The notes below the pieces were generated by a model. That model was not told the DNA's origin, ran no database searches, and saw only the letters and a list, made by a program, of their open reading frames with translations. Below are positions 39,431 through 52,698 of a DNA stretch of 64,000 nt, piece after piece. How positions within the stretch are numbered: the stretch's first letter is position 1; each line of letters opens with the position of its first letter. The stretch spans positions 85,808,001 through 85,872,000 of the forward strand of contig NC_043000.1 in the NCBI RefSeq assembly GCF_006345805.1, in the 5' to 3' direction. This stretch comes from Octopus sinensis. Taxonomy: Eukaryota. The translations under genes were made by a program, and so were the position numbers.

Positions 39431-42298
39431 ACATCTATATCTTTATCAAAACACACTATCATCTCCAAAATATCATCTTCATCATCATTTAATGTCCATT
39501 TTCCCTGCCAGCATGGGTTGGATGGTTTGATAAGAACTGGCAAATCAGTAAACTGCACCAAACTTTACAGTAAGTTGTATATAGTGATCAGAGATAAGGA
39601 ATGGCTTGGAAAGTTTGCAAGATTGTGAAAGGAGACTGGGAGATGGAAGCAGGGAGGGAATGTAGTGAGTGAGCACAGGTAGAGGGAGGGGGTGTTATTA
39701 GGAGGATGTGTTGTGGGGAAGAGATACGACAGGGACAAATTGTGTGCATGTAGGTTCATGAAGGAGAGGGGGAAAAAGAAGGGAGAGGAATTCAGTGGGA
39801 GATGTCAGGAAGATGTGTTGTGTGTGTGTGTGTGGGGGGAGGTATGGACATGCCTAAAGACAAAATGGTTAATTTAGTTCTATATGTACTTTCTAAAAAA
39901 TATGAGATGGTCATAATTGGAATGTCTTTGAAGGTCTGCTTTAGTTAGAGACAGATTAGTCCCTGTTGACCCGAGACTAAGCAACAGAAATGAAATGTTA
40001 TGAGAAACCAAATAAATGAATTATCCACTTTGTCATATGACACCCTTCCTAAATACATTAATGAGAGAAACATCCAGTGTGTTGTAATAATTGAATAAAT
40101 GATTCGTTAATATTGATTTCTTTTGACTAAATACAAGACCATTATTTGTAAAGCAATGAGTGAAGTCAATTGATTTACTTCCAGTATATTGCTAGAATTG
40201 GTTTTAACTAGCATATTGTTAGTATTTAGATATAAAAGACTAAGATGACCTTGCTTGATATTCCAACCTCCTCACAACATGAAGTCTAGTGCTTGGTTAT
40301 TTCTGCCAATTTTTTGTAGCTAAAATTTTTCTGTATTAACACAGTTTAGAAATTATACTATTTTCATTAGGTAGAGCAAGCACACAGGGGTTCCCTCAGT
40401 GGTTTGTTTTCCTAAATTTGGGATCGGCTAGGAACTCCAGAGATTTTTCTCAAATTCTTGGAATGGTTATGTAATAATGGAGTTTTCCTAAACTAATTAC
40501 TTAATGAAATGGAATTAGTAATGAATTTCTAAAGAAAATCAATATTTGACGCCAAGTTTAACAGAATAACACATTTGTGTCAGTATTAAGATTAATGCCC
40601 ATTAACTAGGCAGACAGGTGGGTGGGCACCTTAAGTCATCATCATCAATGTTCATGTTTTGATGGGTCAGACAAATTTCAAAACAAAATTTGTTGAAGCA
40701 AATTTTCTTTGGCCAGAAGCCCTTTCTGATGCTAACCCTCACCTGTTTCCAAGCAAGGTAATATTTCTCCATAACCAGACATGATTTTAGAGAAGATTGC
40801 AAATGAGGAGTACTGTATGACAGTGATGCTTGTTTTTGATCATCCATGATTTGTGACGACAAGAGTACACACACGTATTTATACACACGATGAGCTTCTT
40901 TCAGTTTCTATTTGCCAAATCCACTAACAAGGTTTTTATTGGCCCAGAGATATAGTAAAAGACACCTGCCCAAGGTCCCACAAGACTAGTCACTCTAAAT
41001 GTTTCAATCAAACAGTGTGTGTACAAATATAAACAATAGATGATTGAACATTGATTCACTGATACATATCAATATCTGAGATCAATTACTATGACTGTAA
41101 TTTAAGTTTTACAGCATAAAATAAATTTTATACAGTGTGCTTTTATGTATAAACATTATATAGTGATTATTGAAGCCTTGCACTAGAAATAAAGGGTTTG
41201 GGTTTGTATATGTAAAAATAGGGTATATGAAGACAATTTGAAAGATCAAATTGTAAGAGACAAAAAAAAAAATGAGCCGAATAAAGTAAAATTAATGTTA
41301 AATACTGTTTATTTTTGTTGAATTTGGTATTGTTCATATTGAAAGAATTAAAAGTGGTAGATATTTGGTGCTGGATTTGTAATTTAAATGATTTTATCTG
41401 TTATAAACTTTAGAAAATGAATCAACAGAAAGTTGATAGCAGTTAGGTAGGGCTGAACTCCAGTCTGATTTAGTTCTATCAAGACTGAAGACAAATGAAA
41501 ATATAGAATACAAATTGAATCTTGGATAAAATATGTTAGAAATCTTAATCCTTTGATGGAAAGGATTTGAGGAATAAAAAAAAAAAAACATTAAACAAGT
41601 AATATTCATTCCAAGATTTCAATCTGTATCATTCCTAGCATCACAGGGTTAATGAAGATTATTGGTAGATGACTATAGATTAAAGGATGATAAAAAATTG
41701 GAAACCTTTGATTTATAGGCAGACTGCATGGAAGTGAAGATCTGTAGCACCCAAATTTTATACAACATTAGAAGATATAAAAGTAGATAGGAGAATAAAG
41801 ATATTCAATACAGTAGAGACAGAATCTTTCTGAAATTGATTAGAGAAGGAACAAGAATATAGAAAAAAATGTGATAGATTTATTAGCCAGTTATACCAGT
41901 GAACAATACATGTATACAATATCATTCAATGTCCACTTCTCCATGCTTGCATGAGTTGGAAGGAATTTGCTGAGGCAGATTTCCTATGTTCAAATGCCCT
42001 TCATGTTGCCATACAGGGTAATATTTTCCCATACCCGGACATGTTTTCACGGAAGAATGGAAATGAACAACCCTGCTTATGTGACGATGATGCTCATTTA
42101 CAACCAGAAGAGGATGTCTAGACATGGGTACACAATAGAAATACACTCACACGAATGGGTTTCTTTCAGTTTTCATCAACCAAATCCACTCACAAGGCTG
42201 CAGTAGAAGACACTTGCCTGAGGTGTCATGCAGTGGGATTAAACCCAAGACAACATGGTTGGGAGCAAGATTCTTAATCCCACAGCCTATATACATAT

Positions 42299-42692
42299 TG
42301 TAGAGATGTGTTATTTACAATGAAACTAACACACTGTGTTGGTTAATAATTGTAGCAAAGCACAAGAAGCCAGTGCCATTTTGTATGAGATCTCTCCGGC
42401 ATCGACTATTTAAGCAGGAGAATTAAGACATTCTCTCTCTTTCTTCCTTCTTGCTTACACTGAGAAACAATGCAAAGCTGGCAGCTCACAGCGGACTCTT
42501 ATCCCGCTCTATCGTCACCTGTTATCTCCAAAATAATGGACCTCACGTGAACGGAGCTATAATGAACCATGCGCTGCCATAAAGATGGTCACTGGGAGTG
42601 AGCCACATGAACGAGAACTAAAAATAAACAACTATTTGGATTGCACTACGCTTGTAAACTTCTTATTCTAGTTCCAGTTCCTTAAGACTACA
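42299..42692 (+). mobile_element. Candidate solo LTR in the CIAO1 intron (alternative end 42750)
   Basis: TGTAG...CTACA ends, TATA-like tatttaag near 42407, AATAAA near 42623, CpG-retaining; TSD only partial (catat/gaaat). Confidence 0.45.
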
Positions 42693-44362
42693 GAAATAAT
42701 TGTAATGGGAGAAGGAGATACTCCACAGGTATCACAAGCCTTCAATTACATTATATAATAAATCTATAATATATTATAGTAATGAAGTGAAACACTTGGG
42801 ATTTCATTGACAAAAACAACAAAGTTAATGACATTAACCTATCAAACATATATCAATCAGTAAGTTAAATATGATGATGATGATGATGATGTATCAGTTT
42901 TGATTGTAAAATAGAATGAAAAAACAGGGATTATCACACAATATTATGTTAGTAATTACTTAAAAACATTGACAAATCATTTGGTTGATATGGAGTAAAG
43001 CAGAGAAAATGTCCAAGTTTTAACTAATCAAGTCTTTTAAATATATACACCCAGCAAGTGTAGAATGTAACAATGATTTAGGACCTCACAAAGAAGTGTT
43101 TAGTTGCTGAAAAGTAAAATTCAGAAATTGCTAAAACTACACAGTTAAAACTGAAATGCCTATTACACCATCTATGGTGATCAATTGATTCTCATTACAG
43201 AATCAATACTATTGTAAAATTAGTGAAATCTGAGATCAAAGGAATGAAGAAGTTGTAATGACTGAGGTGTTAATGGAGTAGATACCACTAACACTAATTA
43301 ACACCAAAATGATGGCAATATTAAATTCTCTGGTCAATAATCTATAAGCAAGTTCAACTGAACGGTAGAGGGGGTGGTTTAGAAATATCATACAAAGTAG
43401 GGTTGGACAAGAGTATATCATTTGCATTCTGGGAGAAACAATTTTAAAGTTTATAAATTGATATATTATAGAACTAGATTGGTTTCTTTTATGTCTACTC
43501 AACTCATTTCATTGTTATAACTTATACTATTTCTATAATTCTTTACTTTAATCCTTTTAATAAAAACCAATCTGAAATCATTTCTGAATCTATGACACAA
43601 CTTCCTACTTTTAAGTGATCTAAATTAAAGCCCTTCAGCAAAATTTCATGTCAATTTGTGTTCCAAACATCAGGTTAGTAATGAGAAAGTTATTTTATTA
43701 GATTTTTCATTACTTTTAACATTAATTGAATGAAAGGCAGTGTATTTTAGCAGAAATACAGTAACAAAGTGGTTGATGTATATTTAATTTCACTAAACAG
43801 ATTTTATCTTTTTATGTAAACTAATTAATTTGGATGAAGACGTCAGTATGCAGAACCTTTTGTGATTTTCCTTACAAAGTAGAACCAAAATGGTTGAAGT
43901 CAGTGTTTCATTAAGACTTACCAGAAAACTCTAGAAGGATGCATTTAGAGACAGAAAACCTATTTAACACTTTAACATTCAGATTACTCTATCAACAGAA
44001 ATGTTTATATGTTCACATTGTTTTGAATTAATCATGTTTTATCTCATACCTTTGAGATTTTGATGCTTATTTTTAGAACGACATTGTATGGTAAGTGTTA
44101 GAGGCTAAGTCTGGTCAGTTTTAACATAAAACACATAGAATATATGGGCCAGATACGGCCAGTTTAAATGGTGAAGCAATGAAGATGATAGTAAACTAAA
44201 CATGAAGTGGATTTAAATTTAGAGAAGTAGAGGCTAAGAAGATGAAGAGCACACTCAAACATGGAGCAGGGCTAGAAGGGAGTTTGTGAGAATGTATTTC
44301 GCCATCAATCAAATGCACATTATATTAAAAAGATGGATGGGGTGTCATTGGAAGCTAATTAA

Positions 44363-44579
44363 CCCTTTTGTTATATTTTTCTGTTGAAATATATTGCTTT
44401 AGTTTCAATTAATTTTGAATATAATGAAGAATTTATCCCAAATAACTGTCTTATTAAACTAGTGTTTGGAAGAATAAAGTAACAAGAAATTTTGATGGAA
44501 GGTTCTAATTTAAATCCCTTTAAAAAGGAAGTTTTAATTTTAGATCTCAGGGTGGTTACAGGTGGGTTTCTCAAAAGAG
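44363..44579. mobile_element. piggyBac-like MITE; related pieces at about 10260-10420 and 43540-43755
   Basis: TTAA|cccttttg ... caaaagag|TTAA. Confidence 0.65.
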
Positions 44580-44662
44580 TTAACTACTGAACTTTCATGA
44601 ATCAATGAAAAAAAAGAGGGGGCAGGGGCAGTGGATGGCAGATTTATATTGTTTTATCTTAC

Positions 44663-45059
44663 CTTCCCATATCCAAACACTTTTGTCTCGGCTGCAGCTA
44701 GCAAGGAAGTTGCCATTGTGAGACCATGCAACACATTTTACTTCATTTTCATGACCTTCTAAAGTTGCTAAAAGTTCAAATTCTCCATTTTTACGACTCC
44801 ATATGCCACACGTTGCATCAAAGCTTGCACTTGCAATATAATTACCACAAGGTGACCAAGCTACACAACGGATAGTACGAGTATGACCGTCAGTTAAAAT
44901 AGACTTGCAGACCCATCGTTCACCTTCCAGGCCCCATATTCGTATACATTTATCACTTCCGGAGGAGGCCAGCAGCCTGCCATCTGGGTCCCAGGCGACA
45001 CACCATACTTGTTCTTCATGTCCACTTAAAGAGGTGGTTTCTTGCATCAAAACAGACAT
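44663..45059 (-). CDS. CIAO1: CIAO1/Cia1 (cytosolic Fe-S cluster assembly WD40 protein), coding exon 1
   Basis: Exon opens at 45071 after a minus-strand tttcag; ATG at 45059; [23 protein letters not shown]...[15 protein letters not shown]...[12 protein letters not shown]...[11 protein letters not shown]; donor G|gtaaga after 44663. Confidence 0.96.
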
Positions 45060-48000
45060 GTTTATGGCAACCTGAAAGGAAAAAAACACACCAAAAAACG
45101 AAAATAAACAATGGCTATAAAGTAAGTTAAATATAATATTGCTTTCAAATTTTGGCACAAGGCCAGCAATTTTGGGGGAGGGATAGGTTGATTAGATCAA
45201 CCCCTAGTGCTCAACTGGTACTTATTTTATCGACCCTGAAAGGCAAAGTTGACCTCGGCAGAATTTGAACCCAGAATGTTACATTTTGCCTGGCATGCTA
45301 ACAATTCTGCCAGCTCACCACCTTAAAGTTAAGTATAATATTGAGAAGTGTGGGGGTAAATGTCATTCATTTAGGATTTAATCAACAAAGTTTCTTTCTA
45401 TTATTCCAATTAATAAGGTACCAGCCCCTTTCTATCAGATATACAAATATACACATTGGTCCCGACAAAGGACTGAGATAACTGGCTGTGCTCAAGCAGA
45501 CCTGTACCCCAGACTTTAAATCAGTAACTATACAAATCTGTAATTCACTTGTGATTCTTATCTAAACCAATTTCACTGCATTTACGCTAGTTATATCTTT
45601 AGGGAAAGCAGAAATATTCCAGCATCCCATTTCTACTGTACTTTGTTAAAACAAAATCTAGACGGAGGATATGTCTGCTCCTATAATTCACATCTTAACT
45701 TTATGACTAGAGTTTCTGTCACAAAACATGATCCTTGGCTATGTCTTCTTCTGTAGCCTTGTGTTGACTTATATTTTGTCAGTGGAACTTAGATGGAAGC
45801 TGCAGAATCCCATCATTTTGTTCAATTAATGTCAGTTTTTCCATGCTAGCATAGGTTGGATGGGGAGGTATTTGAGGTAGGATTTTATGGGCAGATGAAC
45901 TTCCTATCATTAACCCATGCCTGTTTTTCAAACAAGGGAGTTATTTTTTTTTATTCCACAATGGTGGTGTCCCAGCATGGCCACGGACTTCGGGCTAAAA
46001 CATTTTTAAGGATTTAAGGAAGCCTTTGAAAAGGCATAATAGCCACCTATAATATCACATATCATTATTTTAACGTCCACTTTTCAATGTCTGTATGGGT
46101 TGGACAAATTTTTTTTCAGAAAAAGGTTTCCTGTTGCTAACACTCATTTCTTTCCAAACAAAACAATATTTCTTCATGATCTTGTAGAATATTGGAAATC
46201 TAATGACACTGGTTATATGACAGTGGCAATCATTCTACAACTATCACATGATGTCAAGTCAAGGACACACAAGCATACATACACATATATTAATGTTTGT
46301 TTTCATGTTCAGTTAAAATAAAAACAATTTTATATTAACCTGATGGGTTATACTTTTGTAGAGTACAAATTTATTATTCTTTAACAAGAATGTTGCTGAC
46401 AGTAACTCTTAAGATATATCTCTAGTGTACCATAAATATTTTAGTCATCATAACAAATTTTACTTTTAATCTAGTAGAATGTAGTTCACAGAAAAGGGTG
46501 TAAAAAAATATGCAATGAAAACTCTAGCAGACAAAAATAAGGGACCAGTATTAAAATACTAGTCCTGCACTCAATCAAATTGGATGACTTGACAACCATG
46601 AATTCAAGCTAATAAGAGAGTCCCTTTGTGGTCATATAACCTGTTAGAAATAGCAACTAAATCTCCCTCAAATCACAGCCCATCATCTTAAAGAAAGATG
46701 AATTTAGCAATGTAGTCCCTGATACAGAAAAAGGTGGGATGATCATGGTTAGAATGTATTTGATTATAGATCTCCTCAACCAGGTATAACCCAGGGTAAT
46801 CAAAATAACAGCAACCATGAACTGATAATATACAAATTCTGTTAGAAAATGATATAAACCTTAATGCTACAAACAAAAGTTATGAATGTATAAAGGCTAA
46901 ATCCTCAAAGGCTAGTGGGATGATAAATATTTATGGAACTGCTACTCTTGTTGTTATCAAAGGTTTTCCTCTGTATAGAAGACACAACTCATCATCACTT
47001 AACATCTGTGGTTCATGCTTGCATGGGTTGGATGGTTTAAAAGAATCTGATGGGTCCAAGGACTGCATCATGCTCCAATGGATTTCACTGCTTTGGTATC
47101 ATTTCTACAGCTGGGTGTCTTTCCTAACACCAACCACACTCCAGAGTGAACTGGGGACGTTTTACATGGTAGCGGCACAGGCGAGGTCACCAAGTAACTT
47201 GAAAACAAAACCTCTTGACTGAGCAGGGATGCAGAATTGAGGGAGATGGTTTTGTGCCAAATGCTGAGAGATTAAGTATGATAGAGGAGTTACATGGCTA
47301 TCCTAGCTGGAAAGAGAGGAAAAAGAGAGGGTAGTGATGAGGTATCATGGTAGACTTTCAAAGTACAAGAAGGTGAAGTAAGAATAGGGGCAGAGGATTG
47401 GAAAGGGTGTGTAGATAGGTAAGTTTGTGAGAGTGTGAAAGTAGGGTGACAGATGGTTAAAAACAAAGACAGAAGTAAATGCAGTGAATAGGGAATAAGG
47501 GTGGAAGTATGGTCAATAACGAGTATCAGTTCAGTGGGGGGGAGGAGGAAGGTGAAGGAAATAGGAGTGGGTTAGAAAAGAGGTGGTGATAAGTGACAGT
47601 ATAAAAGAAAGGGAGTGTGGAGAGCAGCATTATCATAAGATAGGTGAGAAATAGGGAGATGATGTTATACAGCGGTGAAATGGGTAATCTGCTCAAATAA
47701 TATTGTGATCAGGTCTAATTGTTTAGATATGTCACAAAAATTTTAAAGCAAATGTTGAATGCTAATTATTGAAAAAGGTACTGAATCGAGCTGGTATTGA
47801 CTGAATAGAAGTAGAAATTTGTTTTTGCATTTGTTGACACTATATGTAGTAAGAGGCTTCATAACATTGTACGTTGAAAATACTTGGTGCAGTTTTTTCT
47901 CTGACAGTGAAGGATAGAGCTACTCCACAGCTCTTAAGAGTAAGGAATTCATGGTCACTCTGTTGTATATTGATTAACAAGAGGTGAAGGTGAGAGTGAT

Positions 48001-48736
48001 AGATGTACACCTAGGGCTTTGTAGCAGCGGTTGTTAATGATGAAGAGGATGAAGCAACTTTTCTGGGGTCACACATTATACAAGATCTGGTTCAGAAAAT
48101 GAATGGAGCTCTTACTTCAAATGAATCATGTAAGATCAAAAATATCTCAAACCTAACTCAGCTGCCAAAAAAAAAAGAGACAAAAAAACTGATGATTACA
48201 AAGCTGAAGACTAGAAGGTTTGACAAGGCAACAGAGAACCTATCAACCAGCTACATATGCACACCACAAAAATCAAACTTGCAACCACACCAACAATAAA
48301 ACAAAAATAATCACCCAGAAAAACAATGGCAACAGTACTAACAGGTAACTAACAAAAAAAAAAAAAGAAAAAAGAAATTACAGACAGCCCCATTCTACTG
48401 AGAATAATGAACAAAAGACATCTATAGACTTAAGGAAAAATCCTCTGGAAATATGGAAAATTTCTGGAACAGAGAAAAAAAAGCCTCTCAGTGGGAGTTT
48501 TCAAGGAATTACACAGCCTCCCCCCATTGCCTTTATGACCCCTCTCATTTCATATCTATGATCAATATAGCCCTATGTGTATAAAAGAATGTGGTGTTGT
48601 ATTTGCCTGGAAGCAATGTTACTTTCTCAACAACCTCATTTCATTAGATATGGATGTAAAGGACATCAGTAGGACCAACATTTCTAGAAAACACACTTGC
48701 ATCCATTTTTGATAACTGAAATACTTACATCTCTTA

Positions 48737-48953
48737 CAAGGGGATGCTGAAAAGCTTCTGGCTTTGGATAAAAGAAAATATAGGAGGATCATTTAAGTAT
48801 GATTTTATTCAACACATTCTCTTCTCAGATTCACACACTTATTGCAGTGGTCCTTCAGTAGTTCTAGGCCCTGTAAAAGAACTTGGAAGGTTGGGCCTCC
48901 AAACAGGGCTTTCATGATACCCTTAATGCCAGGAACCTACCAGCACACCCTCA
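48737..48953. mobile_element. mariner-derived MITE
   Basis: TA|caaggggatgctgaaaagcttctggc ... gccaggaacctaccagcacaccctca|TA imperfect TIRs. Confidence 0.65.
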
Positions 48954-50696
48954 TAGAGGGTTTGGATTTGGTGGAAGAGTGGCAGTGTTGTTTTAGAAAG
49001 TTTTATATCTTGAAGCATGGACAAACTTCACAGATTTAGATGGTTTAAGTTGGTGTAACTAGATGGGAACAACAGAGAAAGTGGTGCTATCAGACTTTAA
49101 GACAAGAGAGAATGAAAGCCATGCAGTGGGGCAACGTGAAAACAATACTAAAATTCAGTCTTTGAGGGACTGAGATAGGTTTCCAGTGGTATTTTACTCA
49201 ACTGTGTAGGACAAGTGATGGATTGTAGATGGAAAGGACTTTTAGTGTCTACATCAATGGTCTGCTTGGCAGAAGATATAAAATGTTCTGAATACCAATA
49301 ACAGTATCTGAGACACAGTTGGTGGTAAGTGGTTGTGAGCAAGGCAAATTAAACCCCTACACTTGTGACCCATGTCTTTATACAGTACTAATCACATCTC
49401 AGTGCTGTAGGTGTTACATGTCACATGTTTGACACTGAACTTCATATATACACACCAAACTTGTTTGTGAAGGCCTTGGCAGATGTTTGCTGCAACTGGC
49501 ATTGGTAAGACTAAATGTCCCTCTATCAGAACTATTTTGAATAACATGCTCTGTCAATTACGAACAATCCATATGAACTGGAATGTAGGTGAGCAAGCAG
49601 TGTTAGCATATATGGATATCACTGTAATGGTGTCAGACATTGTGGGTATTAAGATGTTGGCATTGTTCTAGAGAAATACAAAACAAGAGCAAAAATTAAC
49701 TGAGATAAGTCAGTGGTGGGCTTGCAGCTTGGATACTTGGAGAGGTAAGTCTATGCTGCTAGCCAGTGTTGTGAAGAGCTATACTGATGGATCAGTTAAG
49801 CTGTTTGGGATCTGGTTTTGTTCAGACCTTCAGGTGGATAAGAAGTAGAATGATTACAAACAGGGATAGTTTTTGGTTGAGAGAAAGCTATTCCTAAAAA
49901 GTTGGGTAAAAGTGGTGAATATCTCCGCTGTTATATATTTCTGGTTGACCATTATAACTTGCCCTAATCTTTATCTAAACAGGATGACTGCTCTTTTGTT
50001 TCTTGTACAAGAGGCACGGACCATCCATTTATTGCCAACACCTCTGCATGGAGCGACTGATATACCATGGCTGATAATGAACTGAGGGTGTAACATTTGC
50101 AGAAATTCCAAGACAGTAAGCAGCTATGATTACCTTTTGTCAAGTACATTCTTCCTCAGTTCATCTTGTTGATGGAACTGCAGTTCTGGATCAAATCAAA
50201 AACAAGACTGAGTGCCTGGTATCTGGATTGTCAGCTCTCAACCAGTCAGGCAACGTGGTTGGTGGAATCTTCACATAGAAGAGTAGTGGTGAGAAAGATG
50301 ATCAACATTTTTAGAGATACTCTGGCACTGATGAAAATCAACCATCTGGTTTGTTCTGGAAGTCTTTCAGCCCAGGGACTATAAATAACTTCCAGAAACC
50401 TCAATGTCTGGAGGTATGGAAGTGAGATGTGAGTAGAGTAACAAAACCATTCTGCATGTATTCATTGTTGACTGGTAATAGAGTTTTGTCAAACAGCTGA
50501 TGTCATGCTTAGAACAGACATAGCTATCAGCCAAGTCTATCCTGAAGATCACTCCGCCACCTTCTTTTAACCTGGGAGATGATACCCCTTCCTTACAATT
50601 TAGTGCCATGTTAGAAATCATCATTTGGTAAGGTGGCAAACTTGAGTGCTGGAAAAATGCCTTCAGCATTTGTTCTGGCTCTTTATATTCTGAGTT

Positions 50697-50930
50697 AAGG
50701 CGGCGAGCTGGCAGACACGTTAGCGCGCCGGGCGGAATGCTTAGCGGTATTTCGTCTGTCGTTACGTTGTGAGTTCAAATTCAGCCGAGGTCGACTTTGC
50801 CTTTCATCCTTTCGGGGTCGATAAATAAAAGTACCAGTTTCGCACTGGGGTCGATGTAATCGACTTAATCCCTTTGTCTGTCCTTGTTTGTCCTCTCTAT
50901 GTTTAGCCCCTTGTGGGCAATAAAGAAATA
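50697..50930 (+). mobile_element. Very young OK-type (Nin-like domain) SINE nested in an older copy of the same family; many older copies elsewhere (e.g. 8180-8370, 30360-30510, 45140-45325, 61050-61260, 63400-63615)
   Basis: Full-length, CpG-rich; perfect 13-bp TSD TATATTCTGAGTT at 50684-50696 and 50931-50943. Confidence 0.9.
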
Positions 50931-51047
50931 TATATTCTGAGTTCAACCATTAAGGGTTGATAAAATAAAGTATCAGTCAAGTGCTAGTGCTGATAATATT
51001 GAGTATCTCCTTGTTTCAACAATTCTAACTTGTATGACATGTAACAT

Positions 51048-51318
51048 TAGTGGCGGACTGGCCAGGTTGCCAGCTTGTCCAATGGCAAATGGGCCCCTGC
51101 GCCATTAAAATCCATATATGAGGGCCCATCCCCTCAAATTTGAGAATTTTTATTCACTCCTGGAAGAATGTATTAATTATTTTGGCCTGGATGTGTTTGT
51201 AGACAGTTGAAAAAATAATTTTAACAAAAAAAAAAAAAATTAAATTATAGCATTGTAGTTGCGGGTGGACCCCCGTAGTCTCTTGGCAACCAATATTTTT
51301 AGACCCAGTCAGTTACTG
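51048..51318. mobile_element. hAT-type MITE
   Basis: TIRs tagtggcggactgg / ccagtcagttactg; 8-bp TSD TGTAACAT (51040-47, 51319-26). Confidence 0.8.
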
Positions 51319-51348
51319 TGTAACATCAACTGCACTATGAGATGTGAC

Positions 51349-51482
51349 CAGCGCTATCTTAAGGTATGGGCACACTGGGCTTTTGCCAGGGTGCCTCACT
51401 GGTTACAGGTCTAGGGGCCCCAATTTTGATCTGGCTATGTTTTGACTTGCTACAAATATATAAATACTGGCGGACGGCCTCG
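51349..51482. mobile_element. Second hAT-type MITE
   Basis: 8-bp TSD GATGTGAC (51341-48, 51483-90); degenerate cagggccgtc-like ends. Confidence 0.65.
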
Positions 51483-51699
51483 GATGTGACTACCGAGACT
51501 CCTGTAGTAACACGAGTGAGATGAGAGTACTGTGACCTTCTACTGCACATATGTGAGACGTGGTTACTACTTCACCACATGTGATGTAACAATTTCTATG
51601 GAGATGCAAGTGCTGTGGCCCTCACAGCACCACGTGTAATTCTTAACTGAATTTATACATCATAGAGTTATCTCCCTTAACCCCCCCCCCCACGCCCTT

Positions 51700-52620
51700 A
51701 GTAATTCAATCAAATTCTTTTTAATCGATGTTGAAAAATAATATCACGAAATAAAAATATCATGAAATACAAGTGAATGGGCCACACAAAAATATTTCGC
51801 GGACACTGTGTACGATAAAAACTCATTAATAAATTTCATGTTTCGACGCATTAAATTTAGCGGTCAACTGTTCATTGATTAAACGGCAAGCACCACCACC
51901 ACCACCTTGAGTAATGTCTGTCTGTGAAACTAAGGAAACGTAGTATTCGAAATATGTATTAGCTTTAGGTTTTAAAAATTGCCCGAACATCTTATTGCAA
52001 TAAAAAGGAGTGGGAAGAAAGTAACTTAGAAATCGATGTTTATCAATTAATATTCAAAGATATCGAATTTGGAAGAAAGAAAAAGAAAACACATTCATGT
52101 TTACTGGTTTCACGCTGTTACGGATTCATAAGTACATAAACAAACGTAGTTTATTCAACGACGAGGGAAAATAGTTAAAGGAAAAGACATACTTGTTCGA
52201 AGAAATTGTAAGATTCGTCCTGAAGCTACATTAAAAAATACTTCGTCATTTATGGTGAAACAGTCCGAAGTCAAAATGTTCACGCTTGTTATTATATAAT
52301 TTCACAGCGCATATGTATAAAAAGAATACTGATAGATATATCAAATACACAACCAGATACTTTTCTTATAGTCTAAAGTTATTTTGATATTTTCCTTTCT
52401 GTTCGCTACATGTATTAATCACGATCAGAAAAATCGATTTAAATATGGGATTACTTTTTTAAAGTTGCGGAGTGATACAATACCAAAGTACACCACTTCC
52501 GCTAGTAGACTCTACTACCCTAACTACTCTCTCGTAGCAAACAATTCCACTTGGAATTCTGTCCATTTTTCTTGCCATTGTCTTGGTTGATAAAAGACAT
52601 CACTCATTTAATCTGCATAA
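51700..52620 (-). promoter_or_regulatory. Probable CIAO1 promoter and non-coding first exon (donor CAA|GTATGT at 52193/52192)
   Basis: Locally CpG-retaining, repeat-free island. The ATG exon starts with a splice acceptor, so an upstream UTR exon is required. Repeated AATCGAT motifs and an ETS-like ACTTCCGC near 52495. Confidence 0.5.
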
Positions 52621-52698
52621 GTATTAATTCGTTATTTTTATTGATTGCTGTTTAGAATTATGCATAATTATTCCCAAAAGCCTCTCAATTGATGTATA

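Noticed and set aside
47220-47690. Purine-rich G/A tract (also 39590-39850) as a G-quadruplex regulatory element
   Set aside because: Both tracts follow the same RTE-tail repeat and look like low-complexity parts of that element
48715-48735. Minus-strand GTAAGT donor as an extra CIAO1 UTR exon
   Set aside because: It sits at a MITE edge with no supportable acceptor; a chance match is likely
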